A stretch of DNA of 64,000 bases from Raja brachyura (GCA_963514005.1 OY740794.1:15686001-15750000); one strand, 5' to 3'; positions 38,590 to 50,186 are shown, counted from the stretch's first letter. A program made the numbers and translations. The notes: a model not told the origin generated them from the letters alone.

Positions 38590-39340
38590 CATTTCCCCTC
38601 ATCCCCCGGAACTCCCTCCCCCTCCTCTTTATCCTCCCTCTTCTTTCCCCTCTCCTCCCCAATCCCTCCCTCACCTCTCCCTCCCTCTCCTTTCCCCTAC
38701 CCTCAGTCACTCCCTCCCTCCCTCCATAACTCCTCTCCCCTCCCTATCCCTTTTCCTCTATCCCCCACTCCTCGCCTCCCCTTATCCCCCCCCACTATCC
38801 CTCCTCACCTCCCCCACTTTCCCCCTCTCCCTCCCGACCCCTTCCTCTCCCTCAATCCCCTCCCTCCTATCTCTCCAGCATCTTTCCCCTCTCCTTCTCC
38901 CCTCCCCCATCCATCCCTCACCTCTCCCTCCCTTTTCCCTACCCTCAGTCACTCCCTCCCTCCCTACCTCCCTCCCTCCATCCATAAAAAGCATCATCTG
39001 CAGTTCCTTCCTCCATTGTTAGATGTGGTTTAGATCCCGTTGATGACGATTGGACCAGTTTGCATCACGTGTGTGAGTTAATCAAACGGCACACAAACTA
39101 CTCGGCCACCCTGCAACCCAACTCTCCCTCCCTCCCTCCCTCACTCTGCCCATTATGGCTGGGCCGCCGCTCGGCCTATCCCCGTCCTGCCCGCCCGCCC
39201 GCTGCTGCCGCTCTGCCCGTCCCTACCCTGCCCGCCCGCCCGCTGCTGCCGCTCTGCCCATCCTTACCCTGCCCGCCCGCCCACTGCTGCCGCTTGGCCC
39301 GTTCCCGCCCTGCCTGCCCACCTACATGCCTGCCAGCTGC
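38590..39340. repeat. CT-rich low-complexity tract and ~35-bp GC-rich tandem repeat inside the Helitron-like element
   Basis: Duplicated ccctcacctctccctcc...taccctcagtcactccctccctccc block; ccgctgctgccgctctgccc...ccctgcccgcc repeated at 39175-39330. Confidence 0.8.
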
Positions 39341-39358
39341 CGCCGTGGGTTGGGTGAG

Positions 39359-39436
39359 ATGGAGTTGGTGATCATCATGGTGGGCACCACGAGTTTCGAT
39401 GAGCTGGTGGAGAAGATCTACGAGAAGGCCATGAGG
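39359..39436 (+). pseudogene. ALG13: Captured ALG13-like exon 1 fragment: MELVIIMVGTTSFDELVEKIYEKAMR, followed by a GTGAGT donor
   Basis: VGTTSFD[DE]L is the N-terminal signature of ALG13 (human MKCVFVTVGTTSFDDL, recalled). Ends at a phase-0 consensus donor; no further ALG13 exons seen. Confidence 0.72.
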
Positions 39437-40679
39437 GTGAGTTACCGCTACAGCTGCGGCGGAGGAGACGGACCCGGGGGGACTGGTAGACGGGACCTCC
39501 ACTGCTGCAGCAGGTGGGAGAGAGGGGTGAGTGATGAGGGAGAGAGAGAGATGGGACCAGGGCCTTCACTGGGCCTCCACTGAATCCTCCCCCCCCCCCC
39601 ACGGCCGCCACCAGTGGTGGGAGAGACAATAAACAATTTACTGTGAGGAGGGGAGAGAGGAGTTTGTGAGTGAGGCGGAACAGGCCGCCACCGGTGGGGC
39701 AGGAAGTGGTGTCGCCATCCCGGCCTTGGCATTGAATGACAGGAGAAGAGACCAATCTGTGTGGCACTGACTGAAGGAATCAGCGCACGCGCGGGTTTTA
39801 AGATTTCTTAAACCTCGATAACTTTTACAATATAGCGCTTATCCGAACGGAACTTGTTACACTTGCAGCACAGGAGAACGGTGCGTAACCTGGTGAAAAA
39901 CCGTAGCTCTATCGCGTACCGTTTTTGTACAAATAGAAAAACCCCGAAATCCGGAAGAGCACAAGAGCACAGGATCAGAGTTTTAGTCATGTATAGATAG
40001 ATATCACCATTGTGGCAAATTCAGGGTATGGCTTTACTGCCTTGAAGCATTTACAGTCAGGCATTAACAGAAATTACAGAGAATGAAGTCTTATCTACAA
40101 ATAATATCTGGTGATACCATCTCATATGAGAGCACAGCCAATCTGAATCGTTCGAACCATACAATTGTACCATAGCCTTCTGAAGAGAATGAACAATTTC
40201 ATCATGATCTGGGTAACATTATAAGAAGTAGCTGATAATGGACCAGGAACTCAGGTGTGGCTGGCATGTAATTTTGTGTTCACTTTTAATAAAAATTTGC
40301 AGCTCGAAATTCGACTGCTGCAGAATCTTGATTATGAAGCCAACCTCTTTGCAAGAGCTCCCAAAATTAATATTTAAGCAGAATGAAGCAATATCATTGT
40401 TTAGTTGTAGTTTAGCAAATCAGCATGGAAACAGGACTTTCGGCCCACCGAGTTTCTGCCAACTAACGATCACCCACACACTAGTCTATCCTACACACTA
40501 AGGACAATTTACAGAAGCCAATAACAGACATTTACAGAACGTATAAACTTGCACCTGTTTGGATTGTGGGAGGAAACCAGAGCACCTGGAGAAAACCCAT
40601 GCATACACAGGAAGAATATACAAACTCCGTACAGACAGCACCCATGGTCAGGATCGAACCCGGGTCTCTCGGGTTGTAA

Positions 40680-40947
40680 AGGGCCTGTCCCACTTGGGCG
40701 CTATTTGCGCGCCATTTACGCGACTTCATTTATGTGTCACGATGCATGACGCGTCACCATTTACACATCACGCGTGCGTCGTGACGCGCGCATAGTGTGT
40801 GCATTACACGCGCATGGCGCGTGGTAAAACGTGGTGGCATAGGCAGTGACGCGCACTCGCGTGCGGCGCCCCAGGATTTTGGGATTCACAAAATCTTTGC
40901 ATGCCATCTGCTTGACGCGCAAATGACCCCCAAGTGGGACAGGTCCT
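40680..40947. mobile_element. PIF/Harbinger-type MITE, copy 4 (largely palindromic)
   Basis: TAA|agggcctgtcccacttggg ... cccaagtgggacaggtcct|CAA inside a SINE. Confidence 0.85.
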
Positions 40948-41402
40948 CAAGGCAGCAACTCTATCACAGAGTTTACAGGTAGGCAGGTTGCTGGCTTGTA
41001 ACCTCTCAGTTTTCTTTGGATCATGCTGCTTGGCTGTATGTAGAACGCTCTGAAATAATGGGTCTAGCCAAATGTTGGAAGATCATTAAGAAGTAGTAAA
41101 AAATAGCTTTGTTTGATAATGCCCCTCAATAGAGTCGGTGCTCGAAGAACTTCTATCATCAGATATTTAGAATACTTTCTAACTCTCTAACTCAAACATC
41201 TTGACATCAGATTCCATAACATTGTGCAGCACAGTATGAAAGGGCAACTCATAATTGTAAATCTTAATTACAATAAACTTTGACACTTGGTTCCATTTGA
41301 CTGGAATCAGAGAGCCTTTGTGCATAATAACATACTACCCAGTCATACTGTAGCTCAAAGTTTTCAATACGTAACAATATTTGTAATGTTTGTTTCTTCC
41401 AG

Positions 41403-41459
41403 GCCTGTACATGTAGTGGTAAATCAAACTGTTACTGTGATGGAGTGAAAGGCAACAAG
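41403..41459 (+). CDS. COL4A3: Collagen type IV alpha-3-like chain, exon 2 (7S domain): ACTCSGKSNCYCDGVKGNK
   Basis: ttcttccAG acceptor and GTAAGC donor; 57 bp, phase 0. CxCxxKxxCxCDGxKGxK pattern matches recalled human COL4A3 exon 2 (GCVCKDKGQCFCDGAKGEK, 57 bp) better than COL4A1 or COL4A5. Confidence 0.85.
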
Positions 41460-42399
41460 GTAAGCCAGCCTGTGACTGCTGAGGTTACAGCTCTTCTGTA
41501 GGTCAAAGTCATCCTAATACATGATCAAAGTTATGCTACTGAACTCAGTAATATCACAAATTACTGCATTAAAGGAACAGATCATGCTTTTAGTGAGAAG
41601 AAGATTCTAGCTACTTAAAAATTCATCAAAATTATTCTTTGTTTATATCGTATCTGATCCATAAAAGATTACTGTTTATCTATTCATTAGAAAACAAATG
41701 TAGCTCATGTAAAATAATGCATACAACTGCAGAAGAGAGAAATGAGAGAGAAATGTTTATGTAGATATGATATCCATTACGTAAGTTAATGCACATCACT
41801 GCACATCCTCAATATGTGGGAGAAGGCAGGTGCAGCCAGGGGAAAATCAGATGGGCACACGGAGAACATGCAAACTCTGCACAGACAGCACTAGAGGGTA
41901 GGATGGATGAAACTGGGAGACGGCAACACTGACTGCGGTGTCACTGTGCTGCAGACAGTTGTCTGAATGAATACATAAGAGCATTTAGTTATTCTGCAGG
42001 TCCTCTGCGGCTCAGACCCTGTAAGTTCCCACAGTAACAGGCCTGATTAGAAAAAAGAGTTGCTTCAAAGAAAACACAGTTAGTTAGGGAATAATCAAGT
42101 TCACAACTGGATGGTAAATATTCATTGCTTCAGTCAGTCTTAGATATAAAATATTGCAGTTCAGGAGAAGAATAGTTCACATGTTTCTCTTGTCCTGAAC
42201 TCGCACAATGTAAGTTGCACACAATTAACCTGCTGAATGTTTTCAATTGGATTAAAACTTGCTTTTTCTCTCAAAAATATTTGTTTTGTAGTTAAAATGA
42301 AAATTATCTTGAACTGAATTTTCAAATCAGGTAAAGAGGTTAACTGTGCCATTAATGCATCCCATGTCAGAATCATTGGTCCAGCTTGAAGCAGGTGAA

Positions 42400-42530
42400 T
42401 TGTGTGTGTGTGTGAGCGTATGTGCATGTGTGTGTGTGAGCTTGTGTACGTGTGTGTGTGTGTGTGTGTGTGTGTGATTGTGTGTGTGTGCACGTGTGCT
42501 TGTGTGCGTTTATGTGAGCGTGTGCACACT
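42400..42530. repeat. (TG)n microsatellite
   Basis: Seen directly; explains the HT-rich ORFs. Confidence 0.95.
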
Positions 42531-42842
42531 TACTTAAATCAAGCCTGCTAAATTTCACTTCTTCTCAGGATTACTTTTATAAATATCTGGAATGGCACAC
42601 AGGTTTATGTCATGTGACAAGAGTATTGGCTAGTCCTATAGTTATACAGCAGAGAAACAGACTTGTCCATGCCGACTGAGTTGCCCCATATCCTATTAAA
42701 GCTTTCCTTTTATTTAAAATATATTTAAAATGCCTTTTAAATATTGTTCTTGAACCTGCCTTAACTACTTCCACTAAGTTAGTCTTCATTTAACTTATCA
42801 GGACTTTCTCAAGTCTTAATAACTTCTTCCATTTCTTTTCAG

Positions 42843-42932
42843 GGTGAAAGAGGGTTAATTGGTTTCCGGGGCCAACCTGGGTATCCAGGGTTTCCCGGTA
42901 CAGAGGGTCCACAAGGCCCAGAAGGTCACCAG
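42843..42932 (+). CDS. COL4A3: Collagen IV exon 3: GERGLIGFRGQPGYPGFPGTEGPQGPEGHQ
   Basis: tttcttttcAG acceptor, GTAGGA donor; 90 bp; ten Gly-X-Y triplets. Confidence 0.9.
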
Positions 42933-44407
42933 GTAGGACCATTGCACCAGGTCCAAGGAAGGAGCACAGTAACACAATGTATTATCATTGAAAATTGCAT
43001 CAACAAACAGCAGTTATACTTCATTTACTTTTCAAGTGAGAATGAAATTTTCCAACTTTCATAATGGAGAGAATGGACAGGCGACATTTGTTTACCATTA
43101 TCATAATTAATTAATCAAAGCTAAACAAGCCTGACCCGAAATATCACCTATCCATGTTCTCCAGTGATGCTTCCTGACCCACTGAGTTACTCCAGCATTT
43201 TCTGTCTTTCCTTGGTAAGCCAGCATCTGCAGTTCCTCTTTTCTAAAGCAAAACAAGTACTGTGGTTTCTTACACTCGTTGATCCTCATAGATTAGCAAC
43301 AATTTCTTATGTTGCTTTTGGTGTATTGTGTGTGATTGAGAAATTCATACACAGTTACTGAGGTAAGTTGAAGCCCTGTTCTTCATGTAGAGAGGCATTG
43401 GAGGTGACTGTGGATGAGAGAATTCACTCTTGCTCCAACCTTTATTGGGAACTGAGATATAGAACCAAACCCTTGTTCTCTAGAAATGAATATGATTGCA
43501 TGGCAATCATCTGGTGAAACTAGCTTCTGTTATTAACTACACACAGTGCATGGGAAGATTACTTGGCATTTAATAGCTGTAACTAATAATGACTGCAGCC
43601 AGAAATTAAAGCTGATAGTAAGATATTAAAAATGCAAAACATTATCTCAGCTGCCCACTTCCAGATCAGACAAGGAGTGCCCACTTTGGCAATTTAAATA
43701 TGTAAAGGTGGTCAGCAACCACCGATAGAAACAAAAAAGAAAGTGCTGGAGAAACTCGGTGGGTCAGGCAGCGAAATGGCCAAACGTCGCCCATTAATTT
43801 CCCTCCACAGGTGCTGCCTGACCCTTGAGTTCATCCAACACTTAGGTTTTTTCCTCAAGATTTCAGTATCTGCACCAACCTTGACCCAGCACTGATCCCT
43901 GTAGCGCACCACTGGCCACAGGCCTCCAATCAGAAAAACAACCCTCCACAACTACTGTGTACGAAGGGAATGCAGATGCTGGTTTAAGCCAAAGATAGAC
44001 ACAAATAGCTGGAGTAAGAGCGGGTCAGGCAGCATCTCTGGAGAAAAGCACAAATCCACAACTACCCTTTGATGCCTTCCTCAAAACCAATTTGGAATTT
44101 AATTGACTAGCTCATCTTGGATTCTATGCAATCTAAACTTCTAGACAAGCCTACCATGTGGGATCTTGTGGGTTCTCCATATAGAAAACATCCACTGCCA
44201 TGCCCTCATAATTTCCCTTGATAGCCTCCTCAAAAATCTCTCTCAGGTTTGTGAGACATGATTTCCCATGCACAAAGCCAAGTTGACCGTCCCTGATCGG
44301 TCCATGCCTATCCAAATGCTCCTAGTTCCTATCCCTGATAATCCCCCCAACAACTTATCCACCACTGATGTCAGGCTCACTGGCATGTAGTTCCCTGGTT
44401 TATCCTA

Positions 44408-44775
44408 TTTTTTTTTTAAATACATTTTTATTAGAAGCAAACACATATTGTGGTAAATACATTTCATGTGTATCAATCATTCATTATTAATATTATCAAT
44501 TGAGGATTCGTTTTTTTAAATATAGATAGAAAGTAAGAAAGAGAGAAAGAAAAAAAAACCATAACTGTCAAGATTTTTTTTGTAAATGAATGATTTACTA
44601 ATAATACATCATTGGAGATAGGTTAGAAGATTATAAAGTATAACTTTTCATCTAATCCTGAGTTCAAGTTTCAGTTAGGTTTCCGTGCCGAACCAATCTA
44701 CCCCTTCAAATAATTGATGAATGAAGACCATATTCTAACAAAAAGTTCTTGTTTGTCCTTTAAGACAAATCTGAT
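44408..44775 (-). mobile_element. L1/Tx1-clade LINE 3' end with poly(A), nested in a CR1 fragment
   Basis: Minus strand reads KDKQELFVRIWSSFINYLKG* (fish L1-type ORF2 C-terminus), then AATAAA and poly(A). Flanks at 43880-44980 are degraded CR1. Confidence 0.6.
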
Positions 44776-45009
44776 TATTTCCAGGTGTTGCTGTCCTTCT
44801 TAAATAACGATACAACATTAGCCACCCTCCAGTCTTCCAGAACGTCACCTCTGGCTAATATCCCGGCAGATCCTTCTGTAATTTCCGTCATAGTTTCCCG
44901 CAATGGAGATTGACCCTCGCCAAAGTTTCCGTAATGAGGCAACCAGCAATGTACACAATACTTCAAATGTGGCCTAACCAAAGTGTTATGGTGCTTTGGT
45001 GTATAGGAA

Positions 45010-46050
45010 AGAACTGCAGATGCTGGTTTAAAACAAAGGTAGACACAAAATGTTGGAGTAACTCAGCGGGACAGGCAGCATCACTGGAGAGAAGGAATGG
45101 GTGACGTTTCGGTTCGAGACCCTTCTTCAGACTGATGTCAGAGGAGTGGGCGGGACAGAGATAGAATGTAGTCAGAGGTGGTGGGAGAACTGGGAAGGGG
45201 GAGGGATGGAGAGAGAGGGAAAGCAAGGGCTATTTGAAATTAGAAAAGTCAATGTTCATACCACTGGGGTGTAATCTACCCAAGCGAAATATGAGGTGCT
45301 ATTCCTCCAATTTGTGCTGGGCCTCACTCTGACAGTGGAGGAGGCCCAGGACAGAAAGGTCAGATTGGGAATGGGATGGGGAGTTAAAGAGCTGAGCAAC
45401 TGGAAGATCTGGTAGGTTGAGGCGGACTGAGCGGAGGTGTTCAGCAAAAAGATCGCCGAGCCTGCGCTTGGTCTCACCGATGTACAGAAGTTGACACCTG
45501 GAACAGCGGATACAGTAGATGAGGTTGGAGGAGGTGCAAGTGAACCTCTACCTCACCTGAAAAGACTGTTGGGGTCCTTGGATGGAGTCGAGGGGGGGAG
45601 GTAAAGGGACAGATGTTGCATCCCCTGTGGTTGCAGTGGAAAGTACTTGGGGAGGGGGTGGTTTGTGTGGGAAGGGACGAATTGACCAGGGAGTTGCGGA
45701 GGGGACAGTCTCTGCAGAAAGTAGAAAGGGATGGAGCTGGGAAGATGTGGCCAGTAGTGGGATCCCGTTGTAAGTGGCAAAAGTGTTGGAGGATTATATG
45801 CTGTATGCGATGGCTGATGGGGTGGAAGGTGAGGACAAGGGGGACTCTGTCCTTGTTGTGAATGGGGGGAGGGGGAGCAAAAGCGGAGTTGTGGGATATT
45901 GAGGAGACCCCAGTGAGAGCCTCATCTATAATGGAAGAGGGGAACCCCCGTGTCCAAAAGAATGAGGACATCTCCGATGATCTAGTATGGAAAACCTCAT
46001 CCTGGGCGCAGATGCAGCGTAGACAGAGGAATTGGGAGTAGAGGATAAAG
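45010..46050 (-). mobile_element. Penelope-like element (RT thumb, GIY-YIG endonuclease, pLTR)
   Basis: YSQFLCLRCIC..DEVF....EMSSFF..RGFP...VPLVLTFHP, then frameshifted FTCTSSNLIYCIRCSRCQLLYIGETKRRLGD (GIY-YIG). A further fragment lies at ~55620-56130. Confidence 0.88.
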
Positions 46051-46719
46051 TCTTTCATGGTGCTTTTATGGTGCTTCAATGACTACCTGACTCAATGCCT
46101 GATGGACGAAGTGAAGAATACCATAAGTCTTCTTTGCCACTCTATGTGCTTGTGTGGCTATTTTCTGTGAGCTGGGGGAATATTATTTGGGGAAAATGTA
46201 AAATTCACCCGTTTAATAGGGGAAATATTATAAGAAGTACACATTTTGTAAATGTGGTGAGATTGCAGAGCCACAGTGAGACTCTGAGACGCAGAGAGAT
46301 CTGGCTTCCCGCTGTGCAGGTACCGTACATTGTTGGATAAATTAACAGAAGCACAGGCTCAAGGGCCCGAATGGCTGTCACTTCTGCTGATCGTGTGTAC
46401 AAAAATTGAGCAAAAGAGACAAAACATGAAGTAAATGGTAGATGTGCCTTTCACATTCAATCAGGGCTGCAATGAAAGATATACCTCAACCAATGCAAGT
46501 GCAAAACAATTGTAATTAAATTAATTGGCTTTAGACCAATGCTTTAAAGAAAAAATGATATGCTACCTACTGTTAAACTCGTTTTGTACATGGTGTTACT
46601 AAACTCTGTTCAAATAGGTTTGTTATCAGTTCAGTGAAGGTTCTGATAGTGATTCTTCTCATTGTCAAAACTGAACGTGTTAAACTTACTTTTTATATTA
46701 ATATTGTTCATGTCAACAG

Positions 46720-46764
46720 GGGGACGGTGGACTCCCTGGATTTCCAGGAATAAAAGGCTCAAGG
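46720..46764 (+). CDS. COL4A3: Collagen IV exon 4: GDGGLPGFPGIKGSR
   Basis: caacAG acceptor, GTAAGT donor; 45 bp Gly-X-Y. Confidence 0.9.
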
Positions 46765-47360
46765 GTAAGTGTTTCTATATCTCGCAAATGGAACGTCAAA
46801 ATGCAACTCTGTTAGCAATAGCTCTTGGAGTGATTCCACTGGTGCTTTTTTCCCTGACATTTCCTCAATGTCAGTGTTCCAAGAAACTTCTGTAAGGAAC
46901 CCTTGGTCTCTATGAACTTGATTTCACATTCAGTGCTCGTTACCTTACAAGGTAATTGGATAAACGAAGAACCTTCCATGCTTTATTACCGGTTTTGGAT
47001 ACATCACATATACTTTGAAAATCAGCACAAATTTTCTCTTAATAAAAAATGGAGTCCTATTGTTTAATTGAATTTTGGCCCATCAAGTCCACACCAGCCA
47101 GCAATCCCCGCACATTAATATTATCCTACACATAATAAGGGATAATTGTAATGGATTTTTCTTCACTACACATATGTAAGGGATAATTTACACTTATACC
47201 AAGCCAATTTACCTACAAACCTGTGTGTCTTTGGAATGTTGGAGGAAACCAAAGATCTTGGCAAAAACCCACATGGTCACGGGGAGAACGTACAAACTCA
47301 TTACAGACAGGACCTGTAGTTGGGTTCGAACCCGGGTCTCTGGTGCTGCAAGCGCTGTAA

Positions 47361-47925
47361 AGCCCCTGTCCCACTTTCACGACCTAATTGGCGACCTCTG
47401 CAGATTTTTCCCTTGACTCATACTCGCAGCATAGTCGCCACGAGGTCGTAGGAGGTCGTAGGTCACTCTTCCTCATTCTCGTGAGTGGTCTCCGCGTACA
47501 CGTGGCCTCAAGTAGGTCACAGAGTTTTTTCCAGCACGATAAAAAAGGTTGACGAGTGAAAAAAAGATCGGCATGGAAAAAATTGATACTTTTTACTCAT
47601 AGTTAGGTCATAGGTAGGTCGTAGTAGGTTGTGATGTTAGTCGGAGTTAATCGTAGGTAGTCGTAGGTCGGTAACTGGCCCGAGAAAAAAAAATGCAAAC
47701 ATGACATCATTTTATCATGTGATCATTTCCACTCGTAGCTGGTCGTAGTTGGTCTTAGGTGTGGAAGACTGAGGTCGAGGGGGGTCGTAGGAGGTCGTAG
47801 ACATAGTCGTAGGAGGTCATAGGACGTCTGTTAGTTTGGTGAGCCAACACGACCTTGACATTTTTTTCAACTCGTCTAGGGTCTTCTAAACCCGTGGATT
47901 AGGTCGTCCAAGTGGGACAGCCCTT
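47361..47925. mobile_element. PIF/Harbinger-type MITE, copy 5
   Basis: ctgTAA|agcccctgtcccact ... agtgggacagccctt|TAAggcagc; many ggtcgtag repeats; related to copy 2. Confidence 0.88.
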
Positions 47926-48553
47926 TAAGGCAGCAACTCTACCACTGCGCCACCGTGCCGCCAATCCTTACATCCTTATACTGTACATGAGTTTGTACTG
48001 ATTGTCTCTGGTTCCGTCTAAAGGAGACAGCCTCAGGGTAACTGGTCACTGACTGATGGACATCCACAGATAACCTATTAAAGATCCTTTAAAGTTATAC
48101 CAGAGAATATTAATGAGACATGCTCATCAAACAAGAGTGGTTTCATTTGAATTAAACGAGTCAAGAATGTTTTAATTGTCATGTGTACAAAAACGGAACA
48201 ATGAAATTCTTACTTGCATCTGCAACCGCTCTATACCCTACTGTCAACACACCATCTAATCTCAATGGAATATTTTCAGGGGATCCTGTTCGGACTGATT
48301 GTTAATCATTTTTTGGACATTAAGAAGGCTGAGTTGCAATTTACTTACCCACATTTCTCTGCAATCTACACCACTCAACTGCGTAACTTAGAAGATAGAG
48401 GTCGGTTTCTACCTTTGTTCTAGTCATTGAACAGTAAGTGCAGATCAAACAAATTATGAAGTAAAAATCCAATGGTTTCTGCAATTGAATCCAGTCTGAG
48501 AACAACTTTAGCCAGTAGAGTGTCTGAAAAAGACTTGAAATTCTTAATGTTAA

Positions 48554-48758
48554 AGGGCCTGTACCACTTGGCAATTTTTATCGGTGACTGCCATCACCAT
48601 TGACTGAGGTATCGGATCACCGAAAATATCGCGGCGTGATGCAGTGGTGATGCAGCGTGATGACGTATTGACGCGCGGTGTTGCAACATTTTGTTTGTCG
48701 CCACTGGATTTGGAAATGTTCAATATTTTCAAAAGAATCGTCAAGTGGGACAGGTCCT
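48554..48758. mobile_element. PIF/Harbinger-type MITE, copy 6
   Basis: TAA|agggcctgtaccacttg ... caagtgggacaggtcct|TTA. Confidence 0.8.
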
Positions 48759-49306
48759 TTAATCCTACGTTGGGCGAGACACATGAAGAGAGAACAAAGA
48801 TGTACCCGACTGAGAAAGATGCTTTGTTTTAACAGCTTGGGATTCCTCAGCCAAAGAAAAGTCACAAGAAATGAATAATTAAACCTGGCATTTCTCTGGG
48901 TAATTAATGCAACAGGTGAATATAAATAGGAAGCAGTTTCTCAGCAAAGGAGGGTCAAAGTGTGAAGGTTCAAAGATTGGAACAGCATTTACTTCAGATT
49001 GTTGTGGGATGACCAGTATAGACAATCTAAGACAGCTCCGACTTTAAGACTGTGCCCATGACTGGCTGACCATTTAAAATTAAATGTAATTACTTTGTTT
49101 GGACTGAAATCCTACAGAAACGAATTAGTATTTCCATAATATTGAGATGTGATTTCATTTCTATGCGTGTAGAACAGAGTGCCATGTTAAATATTTGTTC
49201 CAGATCGTCTTGCTATGTGACCGCAGTACACAGTGGATGGAGCTCATTCTGTGATGTTGCTGCAACTGGTTCACTTTCTAACTCTTGTTTCCTTTCACTT
49301 TCACAG

Positions 49307-49351
49307 GGGCTTCCTGGTTTACCAGGTCATCCAGGAAATCCCGGCTTTCCA
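49307..49351 (+). CDS. COL4A3: Collagen IV exon 5: GLPGLPGHPGNPGFP
   Basis: Polypyrimidine tract with cacAG, GTAAGT donor; 45 bp. Confidence 0.9.
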
Positions 49352-49509
49352 GTAAGTTAAACCAAGGCAGATTATTCCCTTGCACATAAAACTCAACACG
49401 AATAACCAAGTTTTCACTCATTGTAGGACACTCACAATGTAAAGTCTGAAATACGTAAAGGGAAAGTATCAAAGCAGTACTATGAGGTGGGATAACGATT
49501 CTCCCTTAA

Positions 49510-50186
49510 ATGGCCTGTCTCAATTGGGTTATTTTTTAGGCAACTACAGGCAACTAGGCTGTCCCCACAAGATCGCCGGGGTGTCGCCTGTATGGTGATG
49601 CGTCGTCTCCTCAGTTGCCAAAAGCGTCTTTCTGGTTGCCGCTGGATTTTCAACATGTTCAAACATTGTCGGCGACAGTGGGTTGATGCCAATGAGCGTG
49701 GCTTGACTTCTGACATAGGTGCTGTCGTAGGTTGTCGCTAGGCGCTGACTTCGGTGAATTCCATTGTCGACTACCTACGTCAACCCATGTCAACCGGTGA
49801 CAGGTACCGGCGACTGGATTGTCTTCAGTTGACTTCAGTTGTCGTCGACAGGGTCGTAGCTTGTTGCGGGTGGACGTTGGTTGTCATAGGTTGTCGTAGG
49901 CGTGGTGGTAAGTGGACATCCGAAAGGGTCCCCGGTTGTCGGTAGCTTGCCGTAGCCTAATGTCGATTAGGTGGTAATGTCGTTGTAGCTTGCCGTAGAC
50001 ACTGCCGTAGACACTGCCGTAGACATTGCCGTAGACACTGTCGTAGACACTGTCGTAGACACTTCCGTAGACACTGTCGTAGACACTGTCATAGGGAGGT
50101 CCAGTCACCAGTTTTTCGGTGACCTGCTACAACTATGATGGTCACCAGCAATCGCCTAAAAAAATCGCCTAAGTGGGACAGGCCCT
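49510..50186. mobile_element. PIF/Harbinger-type MITE, copy 7, with internal 12-bp tandem repeat
   Basis: TAA|atggcctgtctcaatt ... aagtgggacaggccct|TAA; (gtagacactgyc)n at ~49993-50090. Confidence 0.82.

Larger units (their letters stand above)
38483..40001 (-). mobile_element. Non-autonomous Helitron-like element carrying captured host sequence
   Basis: Minus-strand 5' end A|TCTATCTATAC at ~40001. The left end actaaactaaat-ccctgtcacacgggag..ctggtcccc..acgcaatattccacc aligns with the reverse complement of the Helitron 3' end at 14461-14533, with the hairpin deleted and CTAG changed to TTAG. Confidence 0.7.

Noticed and set aside
39155-39583. An intact ALG13 gene at this locus
   Set aside because: Similarity covers only 26 codons up to a splice donor; no later ALG13 exons were recognised; the segment lies between Helitron-like ends inside a collagen intron.
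1-41400. Collagen exon 1 (signal peptide) or a head-to-head COL4A4
   Set aside because: No signal-peptide exon or minus-strand Gly-X-Y exons recognised; probably upstream of the window, though a short exon could have been missed by eye.
42161-42558. His/Thr-rich ORFs
   Set aside because: Translation of a (TG)n microsatellite.
49884-50108. YDSV/YGSV repeat ORF
   Set aside because: Translation of a 12-bp tandem repeat inside a MITE.
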